This document shows positions 27,069 through 36,279 of a DNA stretch of 64,000 nucleotides, piece after piece. Source of the DNA: a virus; the IMG/VR virus record IMGVR_UViG_3300037359_000101, positions 4,876 to 68,875 of that record. The stretch is one strand, 5' to 3'. Every line of letters begins with the position of its first letter. Position 1 is the first letter of the stretch. A program made the translations under genes and the position numbers. The notes under the pieces are model-generated. The model worked only from the letters and a program-made list of their open reading frames with translations. It did no database searches and was not told where the DNA came from.

Positions 27069-27814
27069 AGACGACATCCCTACTCCTAGCGTCACTGGTC
27101 TTGTTGGCCGGCTGCGGCACGCTCGTTCCCAAAAAGGTTGAGCTTTTCCAGGACAAGGTGAAACCTTTTCCAGAACAGAGCGCCAAGCTCCGGGAGCTTG
27201 AACGCGAAGCGATTTATCGTGCCTCCGACAAAACGGCGCAGACCCTGCAAGTGGCGCTGCTCGAAGGCGCGAGCACGAATGTCATTCAGCCGGCCCAGGA
27301 GGCTCGGGTGCTCACCCGGGCGGTAGCGGTGGCGCTGGGTCCGCCCCTCACTCCGTCCCCCACCAACGAGCCCGCCGTAGGACTCGCGGAGGGCCTGGAG
27401 AGTGCGGTGGCGGGCTACAACGTCAAGCTCGACACGTTCAAGGCCAAGAATAACGAGAACGAAGGGAAGAAGATCGAGGGAACGGGCCTTTTTCAAATCT
27501 CGTATATCTACTGGATCGGGGGCGCTGTCGGCGCGGTCCTCGTGGTGTTAGTAGTGGGAAAACTCCTGCTTACCGCCGCCGCAGTAGCGAACCCGGGCGC
27601 GGCGGTTGGGCTGAATGTCGTCAACGCGGCGGAGTCAGTGGCGATCAAGGGCTTCAACCAACTGGTGAAGGGCGGCGAGGACTTCAAGGGATGGGTGGAA
27701 AAGGAAGTTACGGACTCGGGCCTGAAGCAGAAGATACTGGACGCATTTTCCTCGGCGCACCAAAAGGCGCAAGACACCGATGTCCAGAACGTAGTGGCGG
27801 CGATAACCAAATAA
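27065..27814 (+). CDS. lipoprotein with internal TM segment (spanin-like)
   Basis: Lipobox LLAGC; helical domain; hydrophobic IYWIGGAVGAVLVVLVVG. Confidence 0.55.
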   Translation: MKTTSLLLASLVLLAGCGTLVPKKVELFQDKVKPFPEQSAKLRELEREAIYRASDKTAQTLQVALLEGASTNVIQPAQEARVLTRAVAVALGPPLTPSPTNEPAVGLAEGLESAVAGYNVKLDTFKAKNNENEGKKIEGTGLFQISYIYWIGGAVGAVLVVLVVGKLLLTAAAVANPGAAVGLNVVNAAESVAIKGFNQLVKGGEDFKGWVEKEVTDSGLKQKILDAFSSAHQKAQDTDVQNVVAAITK

Positions 27815-27819
27815 CGTCT

Positions 27820-28944
27820 ATGGCTGGCGACACACACACTTGCGGCAACTGCGGAGGCGGACAGAACTCCAATGCCATTGGCTCTTGCGGGCGGGGAGAC
27901 ATCGGCTGTAATAATCCGTGCGGTCACGGCCCGGGGAATACTCCGCAGTGCGAATCTCTCCCGAGCCAAATCCAGAATTTCACAGACCAGTTTTTCGGCA
28001 CGGTGGTAAAGACATCGGTGAACGGTGAGATTAAGTGGTCTCTTCCGTGCCAGCTTGACGTGGGCCTCCCATCGAATCCTCGCGGCGTGGACGAGGGCCT
28101 CGCGTGCTACTTCCTCCGGCTGTTCAACGCCGGCATCACCGGCCGGCAGGGGCCGCCCGGCTGTCCGGGGACCAATGGCACCAACGGCTACAACGCCTAC
28201 ACGGTGGTTGCGAAGAGTTTTCCGCAGCCTACACTGGCGAATCCGCTAACCCAGGTATCGGTTTTTGCGGACCCGGCAATGATTGCCGGCCTAACAGTTT
28301 TCATCGCGGGTTCCGGGACGTATCTAATCACGGACGCGCAGCCTGGGGGAGTCCTTACGCTGACGTTGATCCAGCCGGTATCGAATCCGGGGACCACGGT
28401 TCCCATCGGGGCTTTGGTGGTTCCCTCGGGTCCCGCGATACCGGGGCCGCAAGGAGTCCAAGGAGTCCAAGGAATCCCCGGGATTCAAGGTCTGGTTGGC
28501 GGGACGGTGGCGGTTGACGCGGGCCTTTACAGCTCGCTCGACTCTATCGGCGGAGTGATCCCGGGGCGCGGAGATTTTGGAATCACTGGGGGCATTTCAA
28601 CGGTGGTCTTCGGCTCCAGCACTCCGGGGTTTGCCCCGGCATACGCGGGCACTTACTTGGTCACGGTCTCCACCGTGGTCCAGGCGAACGGCACCCCAGG
28701 ACCGAGCGACTCGTTTAATATGAGACTGCGGACCTCGGATGGCATCATTTTCTACCCTACGCAGTATTTCGTAACCGGATTTTACCTTAACGAGATTCGG
28801 GGCTTGTCTTTCACGGCGACAGTCACTACGACCGGGACGGTTGGGCAGAAGGTCCAACTTCAAGCATGGGCCGGAAGCTTTACCGCCGGACTGTTTTCGG
28901 TAATGACTCGGCAGACGTTAATTTCATGGGCGCGAGTTGCTTAG
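27820..28944 (+). CDS. collagen-like fibre protein with Cys-rich N-terminus and C1q/BclA-like C-terminal domain
   Basis: GXY triplets (GRQGPPGCPGTNGTNG; GPQGVQGVQGIPGIQG); AGTYLVTVS beta-sandwich. Confidence 0.7.
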   Translation: MAGDTHTCGNCGGGQNSNAIGSCGRGDIGCNNPCGHGPGNTPQCESLPSQIQNFTDQFFGTVVKTSVNGEIKWSLPCQLDVGLPSNPRGVDEGLACYFLRLFNAGITGRQGPPGCPGTNGTNGYNAYTVVAKSFPQPTLANPLTQVSVFADPAMIAGLTVFIAGSGTYLITDAQPGGVLTLTLIQPVSNPGTTVPIGALVVPSGPAIPGPQGVQGVQGIPGIQGLVGGTVAVDAGLYSSLDSIGGVIPGRGDFGITGGISTVVFGSSTPGFAPAYAGTYLVTVSTVVQANGTPGPSDSFNMRLRTSDGIIFYPTQYFVTGFYLNEIRGLSFTATVTTTGTVGQKVQLQAWAGSFTAGLFSVMTRQTLISWARVA

Positions 28945-29117
28945 GCGCAGTCGGTCCAAAGGGATGCAAGGGGCAGCATCCGGTGATCCATGTCGGGGAA
29001 GAGAACGGCATGGAGGGCGAGTGCAAGAGCGCGCGGGGCGGAACAAAAACGGTTGGCGTCCCGGAGTATGTGATGACAGTAACCAATCCGGAAGAACCCG
29101 GGTGTAGCACGAACTGA
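28926..29117 (+). CDS. small Cys-containing structural-module protein
   Basis: Fills the gap before 29120. Confidence 0.45.
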   Translation: MGASCLGAVGPKGCKGQHPVIHVGEENGMEGECKSARGGTKTVGVPEYVMTVTNPEEPGCSTN

Positions 29118-29119
29118 TT

Positions 29120-29482
29120 ATGAGCGACGACAAGATCGACCTTGGTGTGGGCATGGATGAAAAGTATGGCAGTCTCGGAAGTCCGGTAGAGGTGCGTCCT
29201 CCCGAGAATCGGACGGTGTATCCGCAGTTCCACTACTCCGGCCCGAAGGAGCTTGAGTTGCCTGACGAGGGCTGCATGACGATCCACTTCAAGAAGACCT
29301 CGGAGACCAGTGCCACCCGCCAGGATGGCAAGCACTGGTATGAATGCAGCATCGAGGTGCGGCAGATTTGCGACGTAGAGGACAACGAGCCGGATGCGCC
29401 TTCGAGGCGGGATACCAGTGCGGAGGACGCGCTCGACATGCTGGCCGCGAAGCTTGCGGAGCGGCGGGGAGACTCTGAATAA
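29120..29482 (+). CDS. acidic hypothetical protein
   Basis: ATG start; TAATG coupling to the next gene. Confidence 0.65.
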   Translation: MSDDKIDLGVGMDEKYGSLGSPVEVRPPENRTVYPQFHYSGPKELELPDEGCMTIHFKKTSETSATRQDGKHWYECSIEVRQICDVEDNEPDAPSRRDTSAEDALDMLAAKLAERRGDSE

Positions 29483-30489
29483 TGTTTGTCATAAACGATC
29501 TGTATGACGAGGCGCGCAAGATAATCGGCGTCTGCGACGACACCAAGCTCTTTCGGTGGCTGAGCGACGCGGTGTCGATGATTGCGAACAAGGAGGACCT
29601 CGAAGGGTGGAAGGGCTTCCTTGACATTTGCACCGCCGGCTGCAAGAACTGCGATGGCGCGACGACCTGCAACAATCCGGCGGGTTGTGGCCGGCGATGC
29701 GTGGCCCTCCCTCGGGAGGTGGATACCGTTATTGGTGTCAACATCGGCGGGCAGCCCGTGCTTGGCTACGGGATGCTCTTTTCGTTCCATCTTAACGGAC
29801 CCGGCGACTGCCGCACCGTCTGCGAGTGGAAATGGCAGGATCAAGGCAAGATGCACTGCACTTACAAGGACCTGCTGGAACCCGCGAAACTCGTGGCGTA
29901 TCTCCAGACGCCGGAGGACAACAATTCCCAGGTCATCGTTTATGGTTTCGACAACAAGGGAAATGTGTTGCGGCGTCAAGACCCATCTGGGACTTGGGTG
30001 AATGGGTATCAGGTGCCCACGATCTACGGGGCGGCCATTCCTGATGTTGGCGCGCCGACCATCGCCCGCATCACGGGCCTATTCAAGCAGCCCACCGCAG
30101 GCAGTGTGCGACTGTCCACTATCGACGACTCGGGAGCAACCGGGACGCTGCTTTCGGTGATGGAACCGGACGAGACACTTCCGCAATACCGGCGGATTCA
30201 ACTTAACCGGTCCTGCAACTGGGTCAGGATTGCCTATCGCCGGACCAACCCCGTTTACACATCGCGTTACGATCACATCGCTTTGCGGAGTCGAGTAGCT
30301 ATCCTGATGGCTCTCCAGGCACGCAAACACATGGCCGACAATCAGATTGCGGAAGCTCACAGTTACGAGGCGGACGCGGCTAGACTAGAGTTGGAGGCTC
30401 AACAGATGGCCGAGCCGCCTGTTTACAATCCGGTCCAGGTCATCGACATGAGCAATCCGCGCGATAAATACGATTACGATATTCGGTAA
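29482..30489 (+). CDS. head-tail adaptor / tail tubular protein A-like
   Basis: Position; helical N- and C-termini; VALPREVDTV. Confidence 0.5.
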   Translation: MFVINDLYDEARKIIGVCDDTKLFRWLSDAVSMIANKEDLEGWKGFLDICTAGCKNCDGATTCNNPAGCGRRCVALPREVDTVIGVNIGGQPVLGYGMLFSFHLNGPGDCRTVCEWKWQDQGKMHCTYKDLLEPAKLVAYLQTPEDNNSQVIVYGFDNKGNVLRRQDPSGTWVNGYQVPTIYGAAIPDVGAPTIARITGLFKQPTAGSVRLSTIDDSGATGTLLSVMEPDETLPQYRRIQLNRSCNWVRIAYRRTNPVYTSRYDHIALRSRVAILMALQARKHMADNQIAEAHSYEADAARLELEAQQMAEPPVYNPVQVIDMSNPRDKYDYDIR

Positions 30490-31409
30490 TGCCCCCGAGC
30501 CCTTCAACCCGGATCATCGACAGCGATACGACCTTCTTCAGCGGGATGAAGTCGGATACTGACCCTAGCCAGGTCCCCCTCGGCAACTACTACGCGGGCA
30601 TCAATGTCATCAACACGGGGGGAACACTGTCCTGCCGGCCCGGGTATCGTTGCGTTTACACACTCCCGGATGGAAACCTGCAAGCCGGGTTCATCTTCCA
30701 GCCGCAGGACGGCTTAGAACAGGCGATGGTGGTAGTCGATGGGCGCGTCTATGTGGCGGACTGGCCGTTCTCTACCTTTCGTTGGCTGGAGGGCATTCAG
30801 TTCTCCCCGTATGCCCGCCAGATATTCTGGTGTCAGGCGGTGCAGTCGGCGGTGCGCGACGGCCCCGGAACAGACCCGGCGATAACAGTCATTCCGTCCA
30901 AGGCGATCATGTTCATGCAGGACGGCGGCCTGACTGCGCCCGCGTGGTATGATGGTTCTGATTTCGGGCACCTCACCGGGGACCCGTATAGCACTCCCTC
31001 CGGGGGGCCGATGGCCTGGGTGGGCGACCGGCTGTGGGTGGCGAGCGGGCATCAGGTTCTAGCCAGCGACATCTCGAACCCGTTCAGTTTTCGGGAGATA
31101 GGGTATCTCGGCGGTCAAGTCTCCTTCTATTTCAGGTCCGTAGTGACGGCGATGGTGGTCACGCCGTCCACCGAATCTCCGCAGTTGATGGTGTTCACGG
31201 ACTCCAACGGCTCGATCCTCCAAGCCAACATTCGCGAGCGGGATTTGTGGACTACGACCCCCAATTTTCAGGAAGAGGTCATCGGCGTGGGGTGCCTCTC
31301 GTCCCGCTCCGCCGTGTCCCACTATGGGAGGCTCGTGTGGTATTCTCCTTCGGGAATCGTTTTCTATGACCCGGCGCTGAGTGGTAACGAGGATTCCGGT
31401 CCGGGATAA
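30489..31409 (+). CDS. tail nozzle / tubular protein B-like, N-terminal part
   Basis: FFSGM...D, N...GGTLSCRPG, MAWVGDRLWVA, GVGCLSSRS: beta-propeller motifs of P22 gp10 / T7 gp12-type proteins. Confidence 0.65.
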   Translation: MPPSPSTRIIDSDTTFFSGMKSDTDPSQVPLGNYYAGINVINTGGTLSCRPGYRCVYTLPDGNLQAGFIFQPQDGLEQAMVVVDGRVYVADWPFSTFRWLEGIQFSPYARQIFWCQAVQSAVRDGPGTDPAITVIPSKAIMFMQDGGLTAPAWYDGSDFGHLTGDPYSTPSGGPMAWVGDRLWVASGHQVLASDISNPFSFREIGYLGGQVSFYFRSVVTAMVVTPSTESPQLMVFTDSNGSILQANIRERDLWTTTPNFQEEVIGVGCLSSRSAVSHYGRLVWYSPSGIVFYDPALSGNEDSGPG

Positions 31410-32661
31410 TGAGATGCTCGTTAGCAAGGCGGTCGTGAGCGAAGACACGTCCCAGGTATCGACCGGAATCTTTGGCCAGTATTTGATGATCTCGCTGCCG
31501 GCGGAGGACAGCTACAACCGGCACACTTGGGTTCTAAACCACGCCAGTCTCACGACGCTCTCGGATGACTCGGGGCCATCGTGGGCTGGCTATTGGATTG
31601 GCACCCGCCCGGTGGAGTGGATGTATGGCCAGATTGCCAACGCCGAACGCGCCTATCACGTCTCCGTCGATTTTGACGGGAAGAATCGCCTGTGGGAAGC
31701 CTTCATGCCCGACCGGCTGGACAACGGCTGCCCGATTACGTGGGGAGTGCTCACCCGGGGATACTTCGGCGCAACGGCGGCAATTCAGGAGAAGCCGCCG
31801 GGCACCCGCTGCCGGCTGTCCTGGGTGGACTTGGGCTTCTCGGCCATCGAGGAGGATACGAACCTCGGAGTGTTTTACGCGGGCGGCACACGCGGCGCTT
31901 TCCGGCAGATATTCAACAAGCTCATTGCGGTGTCCAAAGGCAGCTTGCACTACGGGCAGCAGCTTACCGCAAATTCTTCGATCTATGCGTTCAAGGCCCA
32001 GTCGAGAACGCTCCGCACCGAAGACGCGAACCAGCAAACTTCGGTGGACTCGGCGGGAGCGTGCGGGGTTGAAACGCGCGACGAGGACAACATTGACCGG
32101 AGCTTTCAGCTTTTCATTGTGGGGCACGGCCCGGCGACCTTGAAGTGGATTCGGCCCTTTGCTTTTCTCGTGCCAGAGGACCTATCTGGCAATGGGGAGG
32201 CGTGCCAGGACGAGGCCGAGTTGCGAGCCACTCGATTCGACGGCGTCGGCGTCGAGGATGCGGACTATGCTGCGCTGGTGGCAGACCTCGCTTCGCAAAC
32301 GATGGCGGATTATACGTCAGCGAAAACGGCATCAGTCTCCGAATCTGGATTTCAGGCGGTGGGTGTGGGTTTCGCGGAGAGCGTAGTGTCACAGTCGGCA
32401 GCGGATAGGGTGGCGGGGATAATCGCTACTAAGGTGGCGGACAACGAACTGACCGCGATGCTGCCGGTCATCACTTCCTATGGGAAGGGCTCGGATAGCA
32501 CCAACGGAGGAAGCGGCGGTGGCGGCTCTGGGGACAACCCGGAGAATAATACCCCGGGACCCTTGGACCACTTCGGAATCGGCCCCATCGCGACGCAGAC
32601 GGTCATAGCCACCGCAGCTTCGGTGACGATAGACCAGCAGCCTACTGTAACCTTTGTATGA
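31381..32661 (+). CDS. tail nozzle protein, C-terminal part (probably the frameshifted continuation of 30489)
   Basis: Continues the propeller pattern (HTWVLN...WAGYWIG); 29-nt overlap; SQSAAD motif near the end. Confidence 0.55.
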   Translation: MVTRIPVRDNEMLVSKAVVSEDTSQVSTGIFGQYLMISLPAEDSYNRHTWVLNHASLTTLSDDSGPSWAGYWIGTRPVEWMYGQIANAERAYHVSVDFDGKNRLWEAFMPDRLDNGCPITWGVLTRGYFGATAAIQEKPPGTRCRLSWVDLGFSAIEEDTNLGVFYAGGTRGAFRQIFNKLIAVSKGSLHYGQQLTANSSIYAFKAQSRTLRTEDANQQTSVDSAGACGVETRDEDNIDRSFQLFIVGHGPATLKWIRPFAFLVPEDLSGNGEACQDEAELRATRFDGVGVEDADYAALVADLASQTMADYTSAKTASVSESGFQAVGVGFAESVVSQSAADRVAGIIATKVADNELTAMLPVITSYGKGSDSTNGGSGGGGSGDNPENNTPGPLDHFGIGPIATQTVIATAASVTIDQQPTVTFV

Positions 32662-34889
32662 ACATCGCCATTGACGTGCTGAAGCTTCGGAGGATGCGGT
32701 TCGACTACGTGTCCCCGCCCATCTGCCCGCCACAGATCAGTGGCTCGGGCTCCGCGATGCTGGTGGAAGCAGTGGATAGCGCCCAGGCTCCGGCAAACTT
32801 GCGCTTTGTCGGTCAGTGCGATAGGTTTCTCACTTGGACGCCGGCTCCGGGGACGCTCTGCACCTCCCTATATCGAGCGCAGGACCCGGGCAACATTGCC
32901 GGAGCCTATGTGCTTGTGTCGGAGTGCTTCGCCCCGGGTCTTATCCAGGTGAATAGCCCGGGGTGGTGGTCTATCACTACCACGGATAGCAGCGGTGCTG
33001 AAAGCTCTCGGTCCACTCCAGTAGAGGGTCCCGCGCAGATCGTGATACCGACGGGGTGCTTTGTCTCGTTCACGCTCTATAAGAATCCAGACCCGGTCAA
33101 CCAAGCCGGGACATACTACCCTGTCTTGACCGCCCCCGTGTCGGCCCCCGGCGTGATCGAGATCATGGGTGATGCCGGGTGCTATCGGCTCCAAGCAATC
33201 GCGGGTGTCGGAGTATCCAATCTAAGCGCTCCAATTTGTCGAGACACTATTCCGGGGTGTTGCCCGGAGCGTCCCTGTTCTCCCGAGTATGTCTGGGACT
33301 CCGACCTGTGCTCGTGCAAGCCGGACACCTTCGACAGCATCACCGCGCCGGCATCGGATAACTTTTGCGTGGGCGTCCCCTATGCGGGACAGTTTCAGGC
33401 AGTCGGGGGCACCGCGCCGTTCACTTGGTCTGTGGTCTCGGGAACGACTCCCCCGGGAATTATTTTCAATAGCGCATCCACAACCGGCATCGCCGCCCTG
33501 TCCGGCATACCTACCGCGAGCGGGACGTTTTCGCTCGTCGTCCGGGCCACCGACGCCGGGGGAAAGTCCCTGCAAAGCTCGGTGACTTTCGTGGGGCTAG
33601 ACCCGAATCAGTATTCTCTATTTTCGGGTAGCTTCATGGTGGATGTCGCCTTTGATAAGCAGCTACTCTCGACTGGGGGGACTCCTCCCTACGCTTTTGT
33701 AATCACGGCGGGGGCGTTACCTCCCGGGCTGTCGATGACTTCCGGGGGACACATAACTGGAACGCCATACTGCCCCGGAGTCTATCCCTTCGAGGTGACG
33801 ATAACTGACAGTCTCGGCGTGGTTTGCGTGGTAGAGCTATCCATCAACATTTCTGCGTGTCCGGTGGTTTTGACTTATCCTACTATCCCTCGGTGGGGAA
33901 CTTCGCTAGACGGACACTTCGGTCCCCAGACTAATCTCTCCTATGCGGCGTTCGACGCGTCTTGCAACCGGACCTTGTGGATTCCGCAGAGTAGCTATCT
34001 GACCGTGGCTCCGTTCCAAGTAGTAAGTTTGGTGAGCACTAGAACGGTATCCCTGGCGGGGTATGCGACGGACTCGTCAGGTGCGATAAACACGGCGGCC
34101 AAAGGAGACCGGAGCAACGGGATGGGGCAGCCGGTGATTGACACGAAATACAACCAGTGTGTTGTAGGCGGCGACCAGGGTTATTTCTCGTGGTATGGTC
34201 TGAATTCAAAAGACCTGTTGGCGCTGACTTTTATCGCGCATCCGCCGGCTGGCATCTACCAATTCCTCCAGCCTCGACCCGCGTATGACCCAGGACGGGG
34301 CAGGATTTACATGACCCAATCGACTGCTGGACAGTTGGAAGTTCAAGTGCTGGATTGCGGCACCCGTGCGGTTGCGGGGGACTACACTCATCCGGGCCGC
34401 CTTGGCGGAGCGGGGGCATACTGCCCAGTCAACGACACCCTGTATTTGGTGAATGCGGAAACCTATTCCGGGGCTCGGGAGTTTCACACTTGGAACCCTA
34501 GCACTAACGTCTTCACTATCGACGCGCCCACGGCTCCGTTGACCTCCTCGCCGGTATCGAACATCTGGTTTTTACCCGGGATCAATTTGATTGCCGTTCA
34601 AAACGGGAACAGTGTTCAGTTTTTTGACCCTACCAGCGCCAACGCTCTAATAGGAACAGCCACTAACACTGGAACGGTAGTGGACATCTGCTACAATTCA
34701 TGCAACGGGCTTATATACATCTGTAGTGGAGCCGCCGGAATTTCCCGGCGGGACCCGGCGAATGCTTTCGTGTTTAGCGCGACTTCGTTCAGCACAGCTA
34801 CGCACTATGCTTCTTTGAATTTCGATCCGGCCAGTAACCGGATTTTCGCTGTCGCCCAAGGCAGTTGGCAGATTGACACCGGAGTCTAA
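32658..34889 (+). CDS. tail-associated adhesin: Cys-rich region, two putative Ig (He_PIG-like) domains, C-terminal beta-propeller
   Basis: GGTAPFTWSVVSGTTPPG; GGTPPYAF..AGALPPGL...ITGTP; AYDP..GRIY and FDPASNRIF repeats. Confidence 0.7.
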   Translation: MNIAIDVLKLRRMRFDYVSPPICPPQISGSGSAMLVEAVDSAQAPANLRFVGQCDRFLTWTPAPGTLCTSLYRAQDPGNIAGAYVLVSECFAPGLIQVNSPGWWSITTTDSSGAESSRSTPVEGPAQIVIPTGCFVSFTLYKNPDPVNQAGTYYPVLTAPVSAPGVIEIMGDAGCYRLQAIAGVGVSNLSAPICRDTIPGCCPERPCSPEYVWDSDLCSCKPDTFDSITAPASDNFCVGVPYAGQFQAVGGTAPFTWSVVSGTTPPGIIFNSASTTGIAALSGIPTASGTFSLVVRATDAGGKSLQSSVTFVGLDPNQYSLFSGSFMVDVAFDKQLLSTGGTPPYAFVITAGALPPGLSMTSGGHITGTPYCPGVYPFEVTITDSLGVVCVVELSINISACPVVLTYPTIPRWGTSLDGHFGPQTNLSYAAFDASCNRTLWIPQSSYLTVAPFQVVSLVSTRTVSLAGYATDSSGAINTAAKGDRSNGMGQPVIDTKYNQCVVGGDQGYFSWYGLNSKDLLALTFIAHPPAGIYQFLQPRPAYDPGRGRIYMTQSTAGQLEVQVLDCGTRAVAGDYTHPGRLGGAGAYCPVNDTLYLVNAETYSGAREFHTWNPSTNVFTIDAPTAPLTSSPVSNIWFLPGINLIAVQNGNSVQFFDPTSANALIGTATNTGTVVDICYNSCNGLIYICSGAAGISRRDPANAFVFSATSFSTATHYASLNFDPASNRIFAVAQGSWQIDTGV

Positions 34890-34891
34890 TT

Positions 34892-35824
34892 ATGAGTCTA
34901 AACGCAACCAACCTATACATTCAAGCCGCCCCAATCCCCGCAACCTTTGTGGGATCGCCCAACGACCTTTTTGCCGAGATGATTAAGCGGATGCGAATCC
35001 TCTCTCCTAGCGGAACAAATTTCATTTTCATCGGCGACACGGAGCCCACGTCTAACGTCGGCCCGTGGCTGAAGAATGGGACCCAGTGGTATGTCTGGGA
35101 CCCGGCCACGAAAGAATACCAGCCCCAAGACATCTCGGCTTCGTTCACTCCGTCGTTTAGCATCGGCAACGCTGTTCCGGCTTCGACGGTTCCTCCGGTC
35201 TGGCTTCGGACCACCAAGGACGCCACCTCGGCCAACGCGAACGATTACGGCAGTCCGATTCGATGGTTTACGTTTGACGCGACCGTCGGAAACTGGACCT
35301 CGCCGCACCCGGTCCAAGTTGCCGACTCCGCGAATGAGCGCCGGCTTTGGGTAGGTTCGGAAGCGGCGCTCTGGTCGTATGACGGCGGCGACGGGACCAA
35401 CCCGGCAGTCAGTCCGCCCACCGCCGCGACGGGGGCCATGTGGCAGGTTGACCACAACTTCGATTTCAGATTCCCGGTGGGCGCTGGCGTCAACCCGACC
35501 GCCTACTCCCCGTATCCGGCCTCGGCGGTAGCTGTCGGCGGCGCAGGCGGCGAAGAGCGCCACTTCCTTACCCCCACCGAGCAAGCGGCGGTCCCTGATT
35601 TGACCCTCTCGGGGGCTTCGGGGCCTACCAACTTTTCGGGGGCCAGCTTCCACCCGCTCCTTCAAGTCACCGTCAACAATGTGACCGTGGATGGGGCGAA
35701 TCTCGTGCCGGGAACCGTTCCCATGACTCCGACAGCCAACGCCACTGTGGCGCACAATACAATGCCCCCGTATTACGGGGTATTCTTCATCTCTCGCACC
35801 ACTCGGCAATACTACACGCCTTGA
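34892..35824 (+). CDS. short tail fibre / collar-domain protein
   Basis: RFPVGAG...GGAGGEERHFLT...HNTMPPYYGVFFI motif of phage tail collar and baseplate fibres. Confidence 0.75.
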   Translation: MSLNATNLYIQAAPIPATFVGSPNDLFAEMIKRMRILSPSGTNFIFIGDTEPTSNVGPWLKNGTQWYVWDPATKEYQPQDISASFTPSFSIGNAVPASTVPPVWLRTTKDATSANANDYGSPIRWFTFDATVGNWTSPHPVQVADSANERRLWVGSEAALWSYDGGDGTNPAVSPPTAATGAMWQVDHNFDFRFPVGAGVNPTAYSPYPASAVAVGGAGGEERHFLTPTEQAAVPDLTLSGASGPTNFSGASFHPLLQVTVNNVTVDGANLVPGTVPMTPTANATVAHNTMPPYYGVFFISRTTRQYYTP

Positions 35825-35825
35825 T

Positions 35826-35840
35826 TTCTGGGAGACTGTT
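35826..35840 (+). promoter_or_regulatory. putative phage-sigma -10 region TTCTGGGAGACTGTT
   Basis: Shares TTCTGGGAGACT with the 10728 site; ATG 7 nt downstream; no good -35. Confidence 0.5.
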
Positions 35841-35846
35841 GTAAGA

Positions 35847-36278
35847 ATGGACGCGCTAGTTCCAACTCTGGAAAAGATTGAGCAGATTGAGGCTCGGTTG
35901 CTAGCATTGCCCCAGGTGGAAGTCCCCGTGACCAACCTGTTCGCGGCGGGGTTGTATTGGCGGGAGATCACGCTTGACGCGGGCACCTTCGCCATCGGGC
36001 ATAAACACAAACAGGAGCACATCAACGTCATCTTGACGGGGCGGCTTCGCGTGTTGGCGGACGGCAAGGTTACGGAAATTGTCGCGCCAGCGGTGTTCAA
36101 GTCCGGTCCGGGAATTCGGAAGGTTGCTTACGCGGTTGAGACTACCCGCTGGGCGAACGTCCTGGCAAACCCCACCGAGGAGTCGGACGTGGACAAGTTG
36201 GAAATTCTTTTTGTGGAAAAAAGTCCGGCGTGGCTGGCGTGCGCGGCGGAAATGAAGTTGCTCACAGACTCGATATAA
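35847..36278 (+). CDS. cupin-like protein
   Basis: FAAGLYWREI...GHKHKQEH...GIRKV; common phage cupin preceding internal virion genes. Confidence 0.7.
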   Translation: MDALVPTLEKIEQIEARLLALPQVEVPVTNLFAAGLYWREITLDAGTFAIGHKHKQEHINVILTGRLRVLADGKVTEIVAPAVFKSGPGIRKVAYAVETTRWANVLANPTEESDVDKLEILFVEKSPAWLACAAEMKLLTDSI

Positions 36279-36279
36279 T

